Of a DNA stretch of 64,000 bases, positions 1-12,900 are shown one piece after another. Each line of letters begins with the position of its first letter. Positions within the stretch are counted from its first letter, which is position 1. Made by a program: the position numbers and the translations under genes. The notes below the pieces were generated by a model, which had not been told where the DNA came from, searched no databases, and saw only the letters and a program-made list of their open reading frames with translations. Source of the DNA: Octopus sinensis (lineage: Eukaryota); assembly GCF_006345805.1 (NCBI RefSeq), contig NC_043013.1, positions 25,172,001 through 25,236,000 on the forward strand, in the 5' to 3' direction.

Positions 1-470
1 CGGCTTCAACCACAGCCTCCAGACGACTTCAGAATCTCCTGCAACTCTTCTGGACGGGCTCCTTGTTTAAGTTGGTGAATGCTGCCATAAACCTTGCCTT
101 CAGTTCATCTTTGGTGTTACAAGGAGTTTTGTTGGTCTCTCGCTCAAATGCACCCCACACATAATAATGAAGGGCATTGCAATCTGAGGAGTTAGGTGGC
201 TAGATGATAGGGGTGATGTGGTTGCAGAAACTGTTTGACAGCCATGTCAGGGTTCTTCTGCTTGTGTGGCATGGTGCAGAGTCCTGTTGCTAGACATAGG
301 GTCTTCCAGCAGCCACCCTCTTCACCCAGAGCAACACTACCTCCTCCATGCACTTGATGTAAGCCTCAGTGTTGAGTCTGAGACAGTGTGGGAAGATGAA
401 TGGAGGCATGACATTACCAGACGCCATGATGTTGACTGGATGTTTGATTTTTATCACTCTCAGTACATGT
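1..470 (-). mobile_element. Degenerate Tc1/mariner transposase remnant, DD37D (maT-like), C-terminal catalytic region
   Basis: Manual minus-strand translation gives KHPVNIMASGNVMPPFIFPHCLRLNTEAYIKCMEEVVLLWVKRVAAGRPYV*QQDSAPCHTSRRTLTWLSNSFCNHITPII*PPNSSDCNALHYYVWGAFERETNKTPCNTKDELKARFMAAF. The WQQDSAPxH and WPPNSPDxNPLDY motifs are 37 residues apart. There are three in-frame stops, and the third Asp has become His. The element runs off the left edge. Confidence 0.88.
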
Positions 471-1670
471 CCTCAGATTGCACTGTCCTCACCCAAACAC
501 TTTGAATGTTTGTATTGGAGCTTCTGGCACAAATGCCAAGCAATACAGCATGTCAGTTTCAAATTTCTGGCAGAGTGAATTATGTCATGGTGCTGGTTTT
601 CTCAGACAATGCCCAACAAATGATGCACATGTGCAAAATTAAAAATATAAAATGACAACAATTTACCCATCACACCCTGTATGTGTGTGTGTGTGTGTGT
701 ATGTTACCTTTTGCTACACTCAGTGTGTCAAAATGCAATTACACCACACACATACACATTGTCCTTTAAAATTACAAAAATACATCACAAACATCCCATC
801 TCTCATTCTTAATGGTGTTCATCAAAATTCAGTTAAAGACAAGGCATCCACATTCTATAAAAAAAAAAACTAAAATCCTTTATGTACATTTGCCATGCGT
901 AATATTATATTTCATCAATGCTGCTGTGATAGCTGATTGAATTAATGAATGAAACTGTATTTCTTGGCTGCATGAAGAAGCAACTGAAGAAGTAAAACCT
1001 GCAAACATTTAACAGAAGAATTTATTGTTGCACATAAAAACAAGATGCTTTGGCCATTTACAGTTAACATCAATAATTACAGACTGGGAGAGAGATGCTA
1101 CTCTTAGATTACAGAAAGCTATTGGTAAAGCCACATGTGGTTTGCCAAATGTATCTGAAATCAACTGTGCTCTCTTCGTGGTGTTGGAGGTTCTTGGTCA
1201 TCTGTCTGGGCCATCTGGTTATTAAAAATATGTGCTGAACAGTTTTTATACGGGAAGGGACACTAAATTCTAAAATGTCTGAGAAAACCCTCTCAACACC
1301 ATTGCTTCATGCTGATTATTCAGTTAATGGACCAATCATGTGAAACTATAATGGTTTGCTTGTGATGTCTGACTATGCATCCAGTGATTCAGTTTCAAAT
1401 CACTGCTACACATTCATGCAAATACTCCAGCTTTTAAAGGGTATTATAATATTAACCACTGCAGTGTATGTATGTTATAAACAAGAAGAATTTTTACCCT
1501 GATTAGTCTATTTTCTACAAAGACAACTGCTAAAGTCATAAAACCTGAGATTAAAAGATTCATGCCTTTCTTAAGAACATAAGCAATGCAAGTAAAATAA
1601 AATAGCTCTGCATGAGAATTTAAACCAAATTACAAACTCAGTTGAATGACTTTCAAAATAATTCTATTGC

Positions 1671-2008
1671 TGTGGCACTCCATCGATTACGATGACGAGG
1701 GTTCCAGTTGATCCAATCAACGGAACAGCCTGCTCATAAAATTAACACCCTTAATGTAGTTCTCAGGGATATTCAGTGTGACAAGGCTGGCCCTTTGAAA
1801 TACAGGCACAACAGAAACAGGAAGAAAGAGTGAGAGAAAGTTGTGGTGAAAGAATACAGCAGGATTCGTCACCACCCCCTGCTGGAGCCTCATGGAGCTT
1901 CAGGTGTTTTCACTTAATAAACACTCACAATGCCCAATCTGGGGATTGAAATCATGATCCTGTGACCACGCGTCTGCTGCCCTAACAACTGAGCCATTGC
2001 ACTTTCAC
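1671..2008 (-). mobile_element. tRNA-derived SINE with 11-bp target-site duplication
   Basis: The minus-strand head has A-box/B-box-like motifs (TGGCTCAGTTGTTAGG ... GATTTCAATCCC). The direct repeat AATTCTATTGC flanks it at 1660-1670 and 2009-2019. Confidence 0.8.
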
Positions 2009-2094
2009 AATTCTATTGCAGAAAATATAGATGCAAGACACGACTATTTTCTACATAATGAAAGGGAGTATACCTCCATTGGTTAAGTGGTATC

Positions 2095-2403
2095 ATTTAC
2101 TTGTTTGTCATTAGACTGCAGCCATTCTGGGGCACCACCTAGAAGGATGTTAATCAAATAAATTGACCCTAATACTTACTTTGTTTTTAAAGCCTGGTAC
2201 TTTTTCTATCAGTCTCTTTTCCTGAAGTGCTAAGTTACAGGAACACCAATTGTCAAATGATGGGGAGCAAAGACATACACATACACAATGGGCTTCTTTC
2301 AGTTTCCATCTACCAAGTTCACTCACAAAGCTTTTGTCAACCAAGAGCTATAGTAGAAGACACCCAAGGTACCATGTAGTGGAAGTAAACTAGCTGTGCC
2401 TGC
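2095..2403 (-). mobile_element. Octopus SINE, family B (tRNA-like head ... CCAGCATGGCCACAGTCAAATGACTGAAAC tail)
   Basis: Matches many other copies in the window, e.g. 15670-16022, 27475-27840 and 29895-30260. Confidence 0.75.
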
Positions 2404-4334
2404 ATCTATGCACTGCCTGATAATTTAATGTAGTTAAATATGTTTACTTCCAAATGTTTGTAAAGTGCATGTTTTGAATGAGATAATAACCGACACAGAA
2501 AAAAAAAAAGGTACAAATGCAATATTCATAGACACTAGGTTTGCATTAACAGATGTAGAAATAGTGCTGTACGTATATATTTGAAAAGTCTGCAGCATAA
2601 TTCATACATTCAAATTCTTAAGAAATCAACATATGTTGTAACCAAGCAGAATAGAGATACAGCAAATTGATATCTGGATCAACTAAAACAGGTTCTGTAT
2701 GAAGACTAGCTGAAAGAAGAGGAGAAAGTGATTTTTTGCTGAATTCTTTCAACGAGAGACACTGGACAACCTTGAGATGGCTGAGAGCTACTGCTCTCTC
2801 TTTAGTTCAATAAACCAGTGAATAACTAACTTCACGATATTGCATAAAGGGCACTACACATTCGTCAATAAGTAATTTACAACTGTTCCAGATTTTACCA
2901 GGTGTTAGTGACACGAGTATGAATAATGTGAAATAGTTCGAAAAAGGAATTAAAAACATGTTTATGACAGTTCAGAATTCTTCCAAGATAACATTCCTTT
3001 TTTTAATAAGAGGAAATTTGATGTTTTGAAGCTCGTGCCTATTGATGTACATGAAATGACTCAAAATGTGATTTTGGACAGGATTTTCTTAAGTATTGAA
3101 AAAGTTGTAAAATTTTCGATATTTGCTTTTTCCAATAAAATCAACTTTGAAAGTGGTGCGAGAAAACCTTGGAATGAAAACGTACAGCAGGTACCACCAG
3201 CTGAAAGTCTATGGCCGATCACGACATCGATATAAATTATCTTCTTTCGACCGATGCACAGACAATTTTGTAAGGAAGAAAGTACAACTGAATGAACTGA
3301 CCCTAATATACAAGTAGAAATATTTCCTCGACTACGGACAAGAAAGGCAAAATCGGCTTTGAGGAGATGGTGAACAAACCTAAAAGAATTACAGTAAACC
3401 TTCGTAATTTTCTCCAGAATTTTAGAGGCAGAATTAAAAGGAAACAAAACTGTGATGCACACGCCCTTTTTCTTTTTCTTTTTTTTTTACCAAAGTTTAT
3501 TTGTATGGGAAATGAAACGGTTTTAATCGAAAATTGAATCGGAGCCTTGCCTTTGAGGGTCATCAGGATCTGTCCTCTTACATAGAACGTCATTTACAAA
3601 CCCTGAAAATGTTAATCCGATTTGTCAATCGGAAAGCAGCTTTCTGTAAAGTGTGTGTGCGGGGTTGGTTATAATTAGTTAAACAACTGTAGTATATTAC
3701 CAATATTTATTTCATCAACCAATACTTTTTCCCCCCGAGACTTCATGATTGGAAGCCGAAGTTGATCCTAATGGAATTTCAAAACGTGGGATATCGAACG
3801 AGATACATTTAAAGACTAATTTCCGGTGAATCGGAAATTCCCGTGTACAATTTAGTTTATTACCGATCAATTCGACAGAGAAACGAAAACGATACTATAA
3901 TGTAAAGATACTACTGATCTGATTTCAGAAGAAAGGTAAATTCATGTCTAAAATTTTCAGACAAAGTACAAAGAACTGTTACTATGACCCTGGTAATTAA
4001 ACACCATTTAATAAGCATCAAGAAGAAAATCATGATGATGATATGGATTGATTGATTGCAATAGCTTGCACAAGGCCACACTTATTTTGTCGATGGAATC
4101 TACCTCCTCAGTACATGACTGTTAGATTGGGACTAGATACAGTAAGAAGTTTGTCTGGCCCCAGTTCAGCATACTTATGATCAAAGATCGTCCACTTTTA
4201 TTTATGTATATGAGTGTATTAAAGACTATATTGTTCAATATTTAATTATTGTTTAAAGATGTTACGATGTGACTTGAAAGAATCTAACTATTGCTTCTAA
4301 CAGATCGAGCGATCACGTAAACTTCCTCATTGGC

Positions 4335-4650
4335 TCTTGCCACAAGGGCAGCCATTTTGAGGGAGGGTACTAGTAGATTACATCGACTCCAGTGTTTCAC
4401 TGGTACTTAATTTATCGACCGACCCCGGAAGGATGAAAGGCAAAGACGGCGGAATCTGAACTCAGAACGTAGAGACGGACGAAATACCGCAAAGCATTTA
4501 GCGCGGCGTGCTAACGGGCTTAGGCACAAGACCTGATATTTCGGGGGTAGAGGCTAGCCGATTACCTCTAATCCAGTGCTCAACTGGTACTTATTTTATC
4601 GACCCTAAAAGGAGGAAAGCAAAGTCGACCTAGGCAGCATTTGAACTAAG
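4335..4650 (-). mobile_element. Two tandem copies of SINE family A (GAGTTCAAATTCCGCC ... CTTTCATCCTTTCGGGGTCGATAAAT core)
   Basis: Reverse complement of the family seen at 23465-23920, 25025-25560 and 40925-41150. Confidence 0.75.
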
Positions 4651-5288
4651 AATGCGAAATTTCATGAGGCTTATGACAAAGCAACAACAACCACCCACAA
4701 GTAGCTTCGCTCATTGTGTTGTTGAGATTGTCAAACATTGTCAATGGCCAACTTCACTTTATAATAATAATGATTATAAAATATCGTTCAAACGATATAT
4801 TTTTCACAAGTTTTGTTTTATTAACCATACAAAATTAAACATTTTGTTACAATTGCTAAACTCATGCAGATTAGACAAGCATCGTTTAATTAATTCTCAT
4901 TGTTAAGAAGTTGTCAAAAGAAAAAAAATCGGAGGCGTTCGACGAAGAGATTGTCTGCTGTAGAAAAGAAATGAAACGTATACGTTACTTTGACGCTTTT
5001 AAGATATTTATAAAGAATACATTTATATAGGTTTGAGGTGTATAAAAGATATCCATTGAAAAATCGATTCCGAACTACAGAAAACATAATTGGTGATGTC
5101 TTGAGAATCAAAGAAATTCGTTAATCAAAACTTCGGTAAACATTTTTGTTTATAGCTTCCTTAAAAGAAAAGTAGATATAAAAGAAAACAAGTAGCATGT
5201 AAAGAGTAATTATTGAAGTTGAATGAATTTGGATAAAGTGGAGAAATTAAATAAAAGAAAACAGAAAAGATTGTCAAGAATAACAAAC

Positions 5289-5376
5289 CTGATTTGGGAG
5301 GGTATCTATAGGCATTATTATTACCATAATCCACAACATCTGAGCCTGCATTTCTTCTACTAACGAGCGAACCCAT
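5289..5376 (-). CDS. MGRN1: MGRN1/RNF157 (Mahogunin RING finger) E3 ubiquitin ligase, coding exon 1; rest of the gene is left of the window
   Basis: MGSLVSRRNAGSDVVDYGNNNAYRYPPKS-G aligns without gaps to the recalled human MGRN1 N-terminus (MGSILSRRIAGVEDIDIQANSAYRYPPKSG) and to RNF157. It has an N-myristoylation-type MGxxxS start. The 88 coding nt end in a phase-1 donor, TCAG|GTTTGT, at 5289/5288. I found no exon-2-like MGGE motif in 1-5288. Confidence 0.92.
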
Positions 5377-5855
5377 TTTTAAAATCCTAGAATGTAAATG
5401 TCTTTAAAATTTCTGAATATATAAACATATCACTGAATGCAAGAAGACTTGAGCATGCTGTTGAGTATGCAAAAGCGATAAGAAAGAAGTGAGCATTGAG
5501 TCAAGATGCGACTTGGTGGTCAACACAATGGCGCCTACACAGCAGACGTCACCTCAACACATCACAAAAATACGAGAAAACATGAGAAATTTTTTTTTTA
5601 ATATTCAACCAAAAGTAAATATCATTGCCTTTAAAATTTTGATCTTGAACATAATAGTGGAAATATTACAAAAATATTTTAAAATAATTGTTTAAAAATT
5701 TAGTCATTTTTAAAAAGATTCTTTCTATTTTATTTATTTATTTATTATTTTTTTCGATAGATAGTATAAGAGAATTTCTGCAGTGGGGGGAAGTTTAAAT
5801 AATGGAATAGACATTAACATCAACATTTTTGAATAGTAAACTCTGCCTACAAATG

Positions 5856-5887
5856 TTCATTGGCCAATGAAAAAGGAGCTTATAAAT
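5856..5887 (+). promoter_or_regulatory. Back-to-back CCAAT boxes (perfect 16-bp palindrome) followed by a TATA-like box
   Basis: TTCATTGGCCAATGAA at 5856-5871 and TATAAAT at 5881-5887, about 260 nt upstream of the UBALD ATG. Confidence 0.5.
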
Positions 5888-5954
5888 TAGGTTGTCAATC
5901 AATGCACCACAACAACATCTTCCGAGAGTGAAGCTTGTAAACTGTGGTGTCAAT

Positions 5955-6090
5955 CACTGCACCGCCGCCACCACCCGCACCATTGCCACTACTACCGCCG
6001 TCACTGCCCCCACCACCACTATTACTAGTACTACTACCACCACCACCACCGTTCTCACCACCACCACTACTACTACAGCAACAACAACAT
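5955..6090 (+). repeat. Imperfect (ACC/ACT/ACA)n trinucleotide tract in the probable UBALD 5' UTR
   Basis: Directly visible in the sequence; it produces the spurious poly-Thr and poly-Val ORFs. Confidence 0.85.
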
Positions 6091-6116
6091 CTTCGGAATA
6101 TAGAAGCCAGAAGTAG

Positions 6117-6338
<222 letters not shown>

Positions 6339-6511
6339 TAGACATTTATAGAAGACTGTTATGGAAACATGGCTAATGTTTATCTTATGACGGCTAACAT
6401 CCTCTTCTATAGTTATAGCTTTAATTTCTGCCGTTACATTCTAATCAAATATTTTTTCTTATAATTATTACTCTGACGTATTAATATTTAATTTTAAATC
6501 TCTAATTTCAG

Positions 6512-6595
6512 GCAGCACTTAGTATGTTTTTCCAAGATTCTTCTGTTCCCATGTGTCGAACGTGCAACGGCAGCCATGCGAACGGAAGCTATTCG
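6512..6595 (+). CDS. UBALD: UBALD exon 2
   Basis: Acceptor TTTCAG|G at 6511/6512. Encodes AALSMFFQDSSVPMCRTCNGSHANGSYS (vertebrate TALSTFFQE...). Phase-0 donor TCG|GTGAGC at 6595/6596. Confidence 0.93.
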
Positions 6596-6896
6596 GTGAG
6601 CACCAGTCTCTCTTTATCTCTCTCTCCCTTTATTTTATTTTTATTAATAACTATTTTAAAACCAGCTTTTTTTTGTTGTCTTGTATCGGGATTGTTTCGT
6701 TTATAACAAATTACCATTTGATAATTTTTTATATTCATAAACCCCTACCTCACTTCGCCACATCCTATTACTTAATTCGTTTGTGAATATCGTGTATTTA
6801 TAATTAAAACGATAACTTAGTATTTCTTCTTCCAAGTATCTCTTTAATATTTAGGTATGTGATGTGTTTGTTTTAGAGTATTTTGTTATTAAATTA

Positions 6897-6927
<31 letters not shown>

Positions 6928-7746
6928 ATGCAATTAGTTGGTAACATGTGCACCTTTCTGTTAGTCTATATATTAGAAGTCTGACTCATTGCCTCTACTA
7001 CACACACTGCCTAAATATTTACTATTTGTATTTACACTAACCCTTACCGTGTTTTCTTAATCAGCCTATATATATATATATATATATATATAATGCTCAA
7101 GTATTTTAAACCAGGATTTATTTATTTATTTATTTATTTGGCCCGATTATCGAGTCTCGCTCACAACTGACACGTCCAAATTTTTCAGCCTGCTAGAGAG
7201 TGTGTGGTAGTTGTGTTGTTTAAATCAATGTTTAACATGGTTGGCTGAAAATAATAAATAAGGGGGGGAAAAAAAGGTTATGCTCAGTCATGTTCACTCT
7301 TAACTACAATGCAGTTGTCAGTTGACACCTGTTCTAACTTGACTTCGCTTTAATAAAATATATAAATAGGTAAAAAGGTGTGCGTGTATGCGATTAATGA
7401 TCAATGTTATGATGACACAACTCTATTAGCAATATTGATTTGTTTTGAAAATAACCATTTTTACATTGTTACATAGGGGTTTTTAATAAGGCTATTTAAT
7501 TTACAGTGATATTGCCCCCTTTGTGTTTTCATATATCATTACCACTTGACGCTGTTTTTTTTTTTGTTTTTTTTTTATATTTCTAATTATTTCCATTCTC
7601 ACCTTGCTCCTTAAATTAGAAAATCGTTGTTAATGTCTCGTTCAATTGATGGTCCATGTGACCAGTTATTGGATTTAGATTTGGTAAGGCCTCCTCTAAG
7701 CTACATAAATAAAGCTTAGCGAAACCCTTGAAAAAATTATCACAAT

Positions 7747-7863
7747 GTTTCGCGAATTTGAAAACCTGCTTTTTAATTATTTTGATTCGTCTATCTTGTT
7801 TTCACGCTTGTTTTCGCGAATTTGAAAACGTGCTTTTTTAATTATTTTGATTCGTCTAGCTTG
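7747..7863. repeat. Local tandem duplication with about 64-bp period
   Basis: GTTT(T)CGCGAATTTGAAAAC(C/G)TGCTTTTT(T)AATTATTTTGATTCGTCTA(T/G)CTTG occurs at 7747 and 7810. Confidence 0.9.
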
Positions 7864-9931
7864 CTTAGCTTATATACCTAAACCCAGTATTACGAGTGAC
7901 TAAGACGGAAACCAGGTGAAAAAAAAAAAACTACCTCTTCTCTTCGAAGCTTCCCCCTTTGTTACTTTTAGTATATGCAGGCAAACTAACTGTATGTTAG
8001 TGTATGATATCGATTAAGCAATCGATCTACTGGTGGTATATTATGCACTAATAGAAGCACCGGTAATCAACGATTGTTTAATGTCAAGGTCAAACGTTTG
8101 ATATTATTTTTTTAATTGTTTTCATCGTGGGTGGCTTATTGAATTTTTTAAAAGTCATTTTCGAAGATATTTATTTTCCTTCATTTTTCAAGAATTATTT
8201 CTGTCAAACGAGTAAATTGTATTTAATTCTAATTTTAATGTCATTTGAACTCGGCCTCTATATTAATTTATTCCGTCTCGCACTGGTATCAAGCAATTTC
8301 ACTGCTTCAAAATCGATTCAGTCATAATACAAAAATATCTATCATTGATCGGACCTGCATTTTTATTTGTATGTACTTCTGTAATATATTGAAACCAAAC
8401 GTATAGATTAGAATCAATCAAATTTGATCGTTACTCTTGTATTCATTGATTCGTATGGTTTTTGCGACACTATTTTGAAATCTTGTTGACGTTTGAAATA
8501 ATAATAGTGTAAGCATTTAATGTACTTACACTATTACTATTGTTATCAATATTATTATGAAGTAAGACCGTCGGCTTATATGTACGATTCGTGCTGTACT
8601 GTTACGCTAGTACTATTGTTTGCCCATTATTGTTGCTAATATAACTGTGAAAGCTATTATAAGGAATATATCTGCTAGCTATCTATTATAAATTGTTTGG
8701 AGGAAGTAGCAGCGAACTACACATTCAAATAAACAGTGAAGCATCTTGTGCACCTGATCAATGCATGTTGCTTGTTATCAGTCGTCGGTGCGTGGGATTT
8801 TCAAGGCAGCATGTTCAATCATTTATTTTTAAACTACTATACCATTTTCGTTATATTTGTTGATGATATGAATTGTATTTAATTTGTAATTCATTAACCA
8901 AGATTTTCTTTTTTTTTTTTTTGCTAAATGCTACACTGGTGTCTGAGATATACATATTGTGAGTGTGTGTATAATATTTAGCTTGAGGAGCAGGGAAAAA
9001 CAGGTTAAACAAGAAAAATCGATAATTAATCAATAGGTTTTACGGGGATTTACATTCAGTGAATTGATGTGAAGGAATTTTTTAAAACGGATAAATCGTA
9101 TTATAGTGTTTCGTAAGACATAATATATTAACTATATCAAATTGTTGTCAAGGATTTTTACATAATGTACTTATACGAGAATATGTATATTAAAATATAT
9201 AGTGTATATTTAGTAAATCGTGAGAAAAATGGGTATATTTCTAATGAATTAATGCTACTCCTCCTGTTCAACCTGCTATACTGGTTGGCTGTTTTCTATT
9301 TTTATCAATGGCCTTTCATCGTATTTCAAGTTGCTCCCTCTCCCTTTTCTAATAGATTGATTTTCATTTGTTAGCCCCATTTTATTTGTGCGGCTCCCTT
9401 TCCTTTGGTTGTAATCCCTTTTCTATTTTTCGAAGGATACAAATTCTGTAATTTGCAAACTAGCTGCAGTTTTGGTGTTGATTTTTCTAGAATCGATTTA
9501 TTTTGTAGATTTGATCTGTTTTTGTTTCTCGTATTATTACTCAACCTATTATAAAATCTGCTGAGAAAGTGGGAGATTATTATGGGGGAGAGCATGAATG
9601 GAAACGACCGGCTTTTCATCATTGCTTTGAAATTGTGAATGACAAACAGGATGGATGGGAAGTGAAAATATGTTGGGATTTGTATCTTTTGATTCTTTCT
9701 ATGGTATGTCATGGTTTTTATGTGATCTCAGTTAATGTTGGGTGGGCTCAGACGTATAGTTGGGATTTATCAATAAAGGCATTATTCCAGCAGCACAACT
9801 AGGATATTAGAGATTCTGCAAAAATAAAAATTTATTTCCAATGGAACGAAAATATTTTTAGTTATTTATGTATTTTAGTTATTTAGTTATTTATTCTTTG
9901 AATAGTTAATAATAATTCACTTATGATTAAA

Positions 9932-9978
<47 letters not shown>

Positions 9979-12900
9979 TATGAAAATAAAAAGCACTGTG
10001 GTTTCCTTTCAAATTATTGTATATTTTGTATGGTATATTTTAAATTAGGCCATAAACGTTGTTTTAGAGTCCAAGTTGTCAATTCTATATTCTCTTAAGA
10101 CCTGCTACGAATTAAAATGGTTTTTAATGCCCTGTCTCCCAAAATAATTTTCAGGGAGCAAGGCAACTAGAAATAAATACTGTCTGCAAACATTGAAGTT
10201 TGTTATCGGAAAAGAAGAATAATGTTGAAAAGTTTGTTGCAACCAACTTCAATTTCTCCGGAAATAGTCATTCGTCAATTTATTTCCCATTAAATATTTC
10301 TAGAATTGTAATACCTAGTGAGTGATCTGATCTTATACTGTATGTTGAAATTATTGCAGTTTCCATCGTGGAAGAGAGACCTTATTGTCATTTAGAAACA
10401 CGCGCATCTGTTAAATTTTTGTCTGGTTTGCTTTTTTTTTTTTTTTTTCTAATATCTTATGTATATTATTACATCAACACCTTCATTAAACGCTCAGTAA
10501 AGCCTTCTTATGAATGGTTCTTTTGTCTACCATATAATTTTGTTTTTCTATTTAAGCCCACTGTCGATGATAGTCAACATTTTCATTCTATTTGCCTAGT
10601 CTATTGTTTACGGATGACCGAAGAGAATAGTGAAAGCGATGTGTAAATGTTTCCCTATGTTCTTATATTTTTATTCAAACCTCTTTTGGTACTCGTTTCT
10701 CGGATTAGAAAATTCTACAAAAAGTGAAACATGTGGACAGATAATGCAAGAGTGAATTCTTAAATGCCTCTATTCAATAACATCGCAATTTTCCTCAACT
10801 GTTATCAGCTGCCAGCTCATTATCAAACAACACTCGGCTTCTTAGAATCAGCAACTCTAAACTTTTTGACATTTTTCTGTTTACTACTTTTTCCTATTGA
10901 AACTATAATTGCGCAAAATATTATGAAGTTCCACTCAGCTTCAATTTCTTTTTTTCCTCTAAATTTGTAGCAAGTGTTTGAACACTGAGCTTTTTGGAGC
11001 ACCACTTCACATAGTGTATCTCCAGCAAGTCAGCTTGACAGAGCCCATCCCTCTCTCCAAGCAGGAAGTGTTTGACTTACTTCTAAGCTAAATAAATATA
11101 TTTGTCAAACTTACATGGAGTAATGAATTGTTCTTAATCTCTTAACACCTAATTTCCCGATAGGAAAACTGCGGCAGTTAAAATTTAGTGTTGGTCATAA
11201 AATACAGATTCTGGTTAGCTAATTGTCCAAGTACTTCAACTATGTCCATGGTTACTTTCCTTTTTTTTTTTCTTTTTTTTTTTTTTTTTTATACTTAGAA
11301 AAATTTATTTTGGTATTGCCATAAAAATTAAAATTTCACGAAGAAAAATCTAATTAAAATTTAAAATATAGTTTATGACCTTGGAATAACTTGACTTAGT
11401 CCTAGTACTCTTAAATACTATTATTTATAGGATGACCTTATTTCTCTGTTTACAAATGTAATTTATTGATGTGTGTATACATCTACGCATATAATATGAA
11501 ATATAGTAGCTAGTTTCTCTTTCCGAAATCTTTCGATGTGTAATATTTAGTTTAAATTTTCTAATGTCTAATTTTTTAAATTTTTATTGCTGTTTGGAAA
11601 GGATTCGTTTTCACTTGCCAAATAGATATTTGAAATGAGACCAGGTGTACTTATGACAAGCTAGACTACTTTGTGTGTATGTGTGTAATTCAATAGCTTA
11701 TAGTTAAGTAATCTGTTTTGGCAGGCTGAGATACACAACATTGTTACAATTAGAAAATCCAACGAAACTGGCCGGTAAAAATATTTATAGTTTCCTTAAT
11801 TCTATCTATGAACATTCGTTTTTTTTTTGAAAGAGAAATCTGAAGATATAAAGGCTATTTATATTCATTTTTCGTTATTTATTTCTTTCGAGTGGAATTA
11901 GCAGACGTTAACGATCAAAAGCGTGTCCGTACCGTTCTTCTGTAACGTTGCACATTCAGTGGAATTCTTACAAAAAAAAAAAAAAAAAAAGAGGCTAACA
12001 ATTGAGGTTAGTCGAGTTTCTTAATGAACATGTCGTCTCCTCTCTATCCTTTCCTTCCACCTTACCAATGCCTTTACCTACCCCCCACCGCACTCATTCG
12101 CTCAACCCTAGTCCCCTTCGTTGACTGCCACTGCTCTAGGATTCCAGACTAACTGGCCTACTACCTTGCCGTTCATACTGCTAGCATCATTCCTGGCAGT
12201 TGTGCTTGGAATGCCCAGACATTTGGACAGGATTACCGTACTGGTGTGCCATTTTTTAGATCAATGACTTCACAACATAGGATAGTATTAAAATATATAA
12301 AAGCAAAATTGTAATAAAAAAAATAAATCTTTGTGTATCAGTTAAATGTTAAAAGGACTTTGAATCACTCTGTGTCCCTTCCTTTGAAGACATAGAAAGA
12401 TCTAGATGCGGTTTTAGCAGTTTTAATATCCTCATAGACTCCCTCATGGCAATTGCTTCTTATACAACATTTAAAATCCATTAATTTAGGGAATTCTTAA
12501 CTTAAATTTCCATCTTAGATGTTGAAAGAAATTAAAACGTGACAGTAATTGTGACTCAAAAGATGAAATCAATTTAAAGAAATTAAGAGTAAAGTTCTTA
12601 ATTTGATCTTTTAGCTGGCAAGCCAACAGCTACATGTTTTGGCCTTATTGGGTCTTGTCAGTAAAGTATCTTTATTGCTCACTGCTCTATTGTCAAATAG
12701 AACTTGTAGAGATGTTGGCATTTATATTACTTTGTCAAATGTAATATTTATATATATATATATATATTCACATTATCTTGAATTACTCATGCATTTTCTC
12801 ATAGCTTTGATATTTCAATATTTCAGTGATGTGATTGTGTATTTTTAGAATGACATTGTTGTGTAAATGTGAGAGGCTGGATCTGGCCAGTCTGAATATA

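Noticed and set aside
1930-2008. tRNA-like A/B boxes here and at many other sites
   Set aside because: These are SINE heads attached to SINE bodies. None forms a complete cloverleaf, so no tRNA gene is called.
5161-5288. Hydrophobic C-terminal extension of the MGRN1 exon-1 ORF (apparent 71-aa membrane peptide)
   Set aside because: Homology stops exactly at the phase-1 donor. The Phe/Leu-rich tail is what a T-rich intron encodes.
5902-5931. Short uORF MHHNNIFRE*
   Set aside because: It lies only about 15 nt after the TATA-like box, so the ATG is probably upstream of the TSS. There is no supporting evidence.
9240-9802. Overlapping 113-aa (-) and 77-aa (+) ORFs in unique-looking intronic DNA
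   Set aside because: No recognisable domain or convincing splice context; such lengths are within chance for 64 kb.
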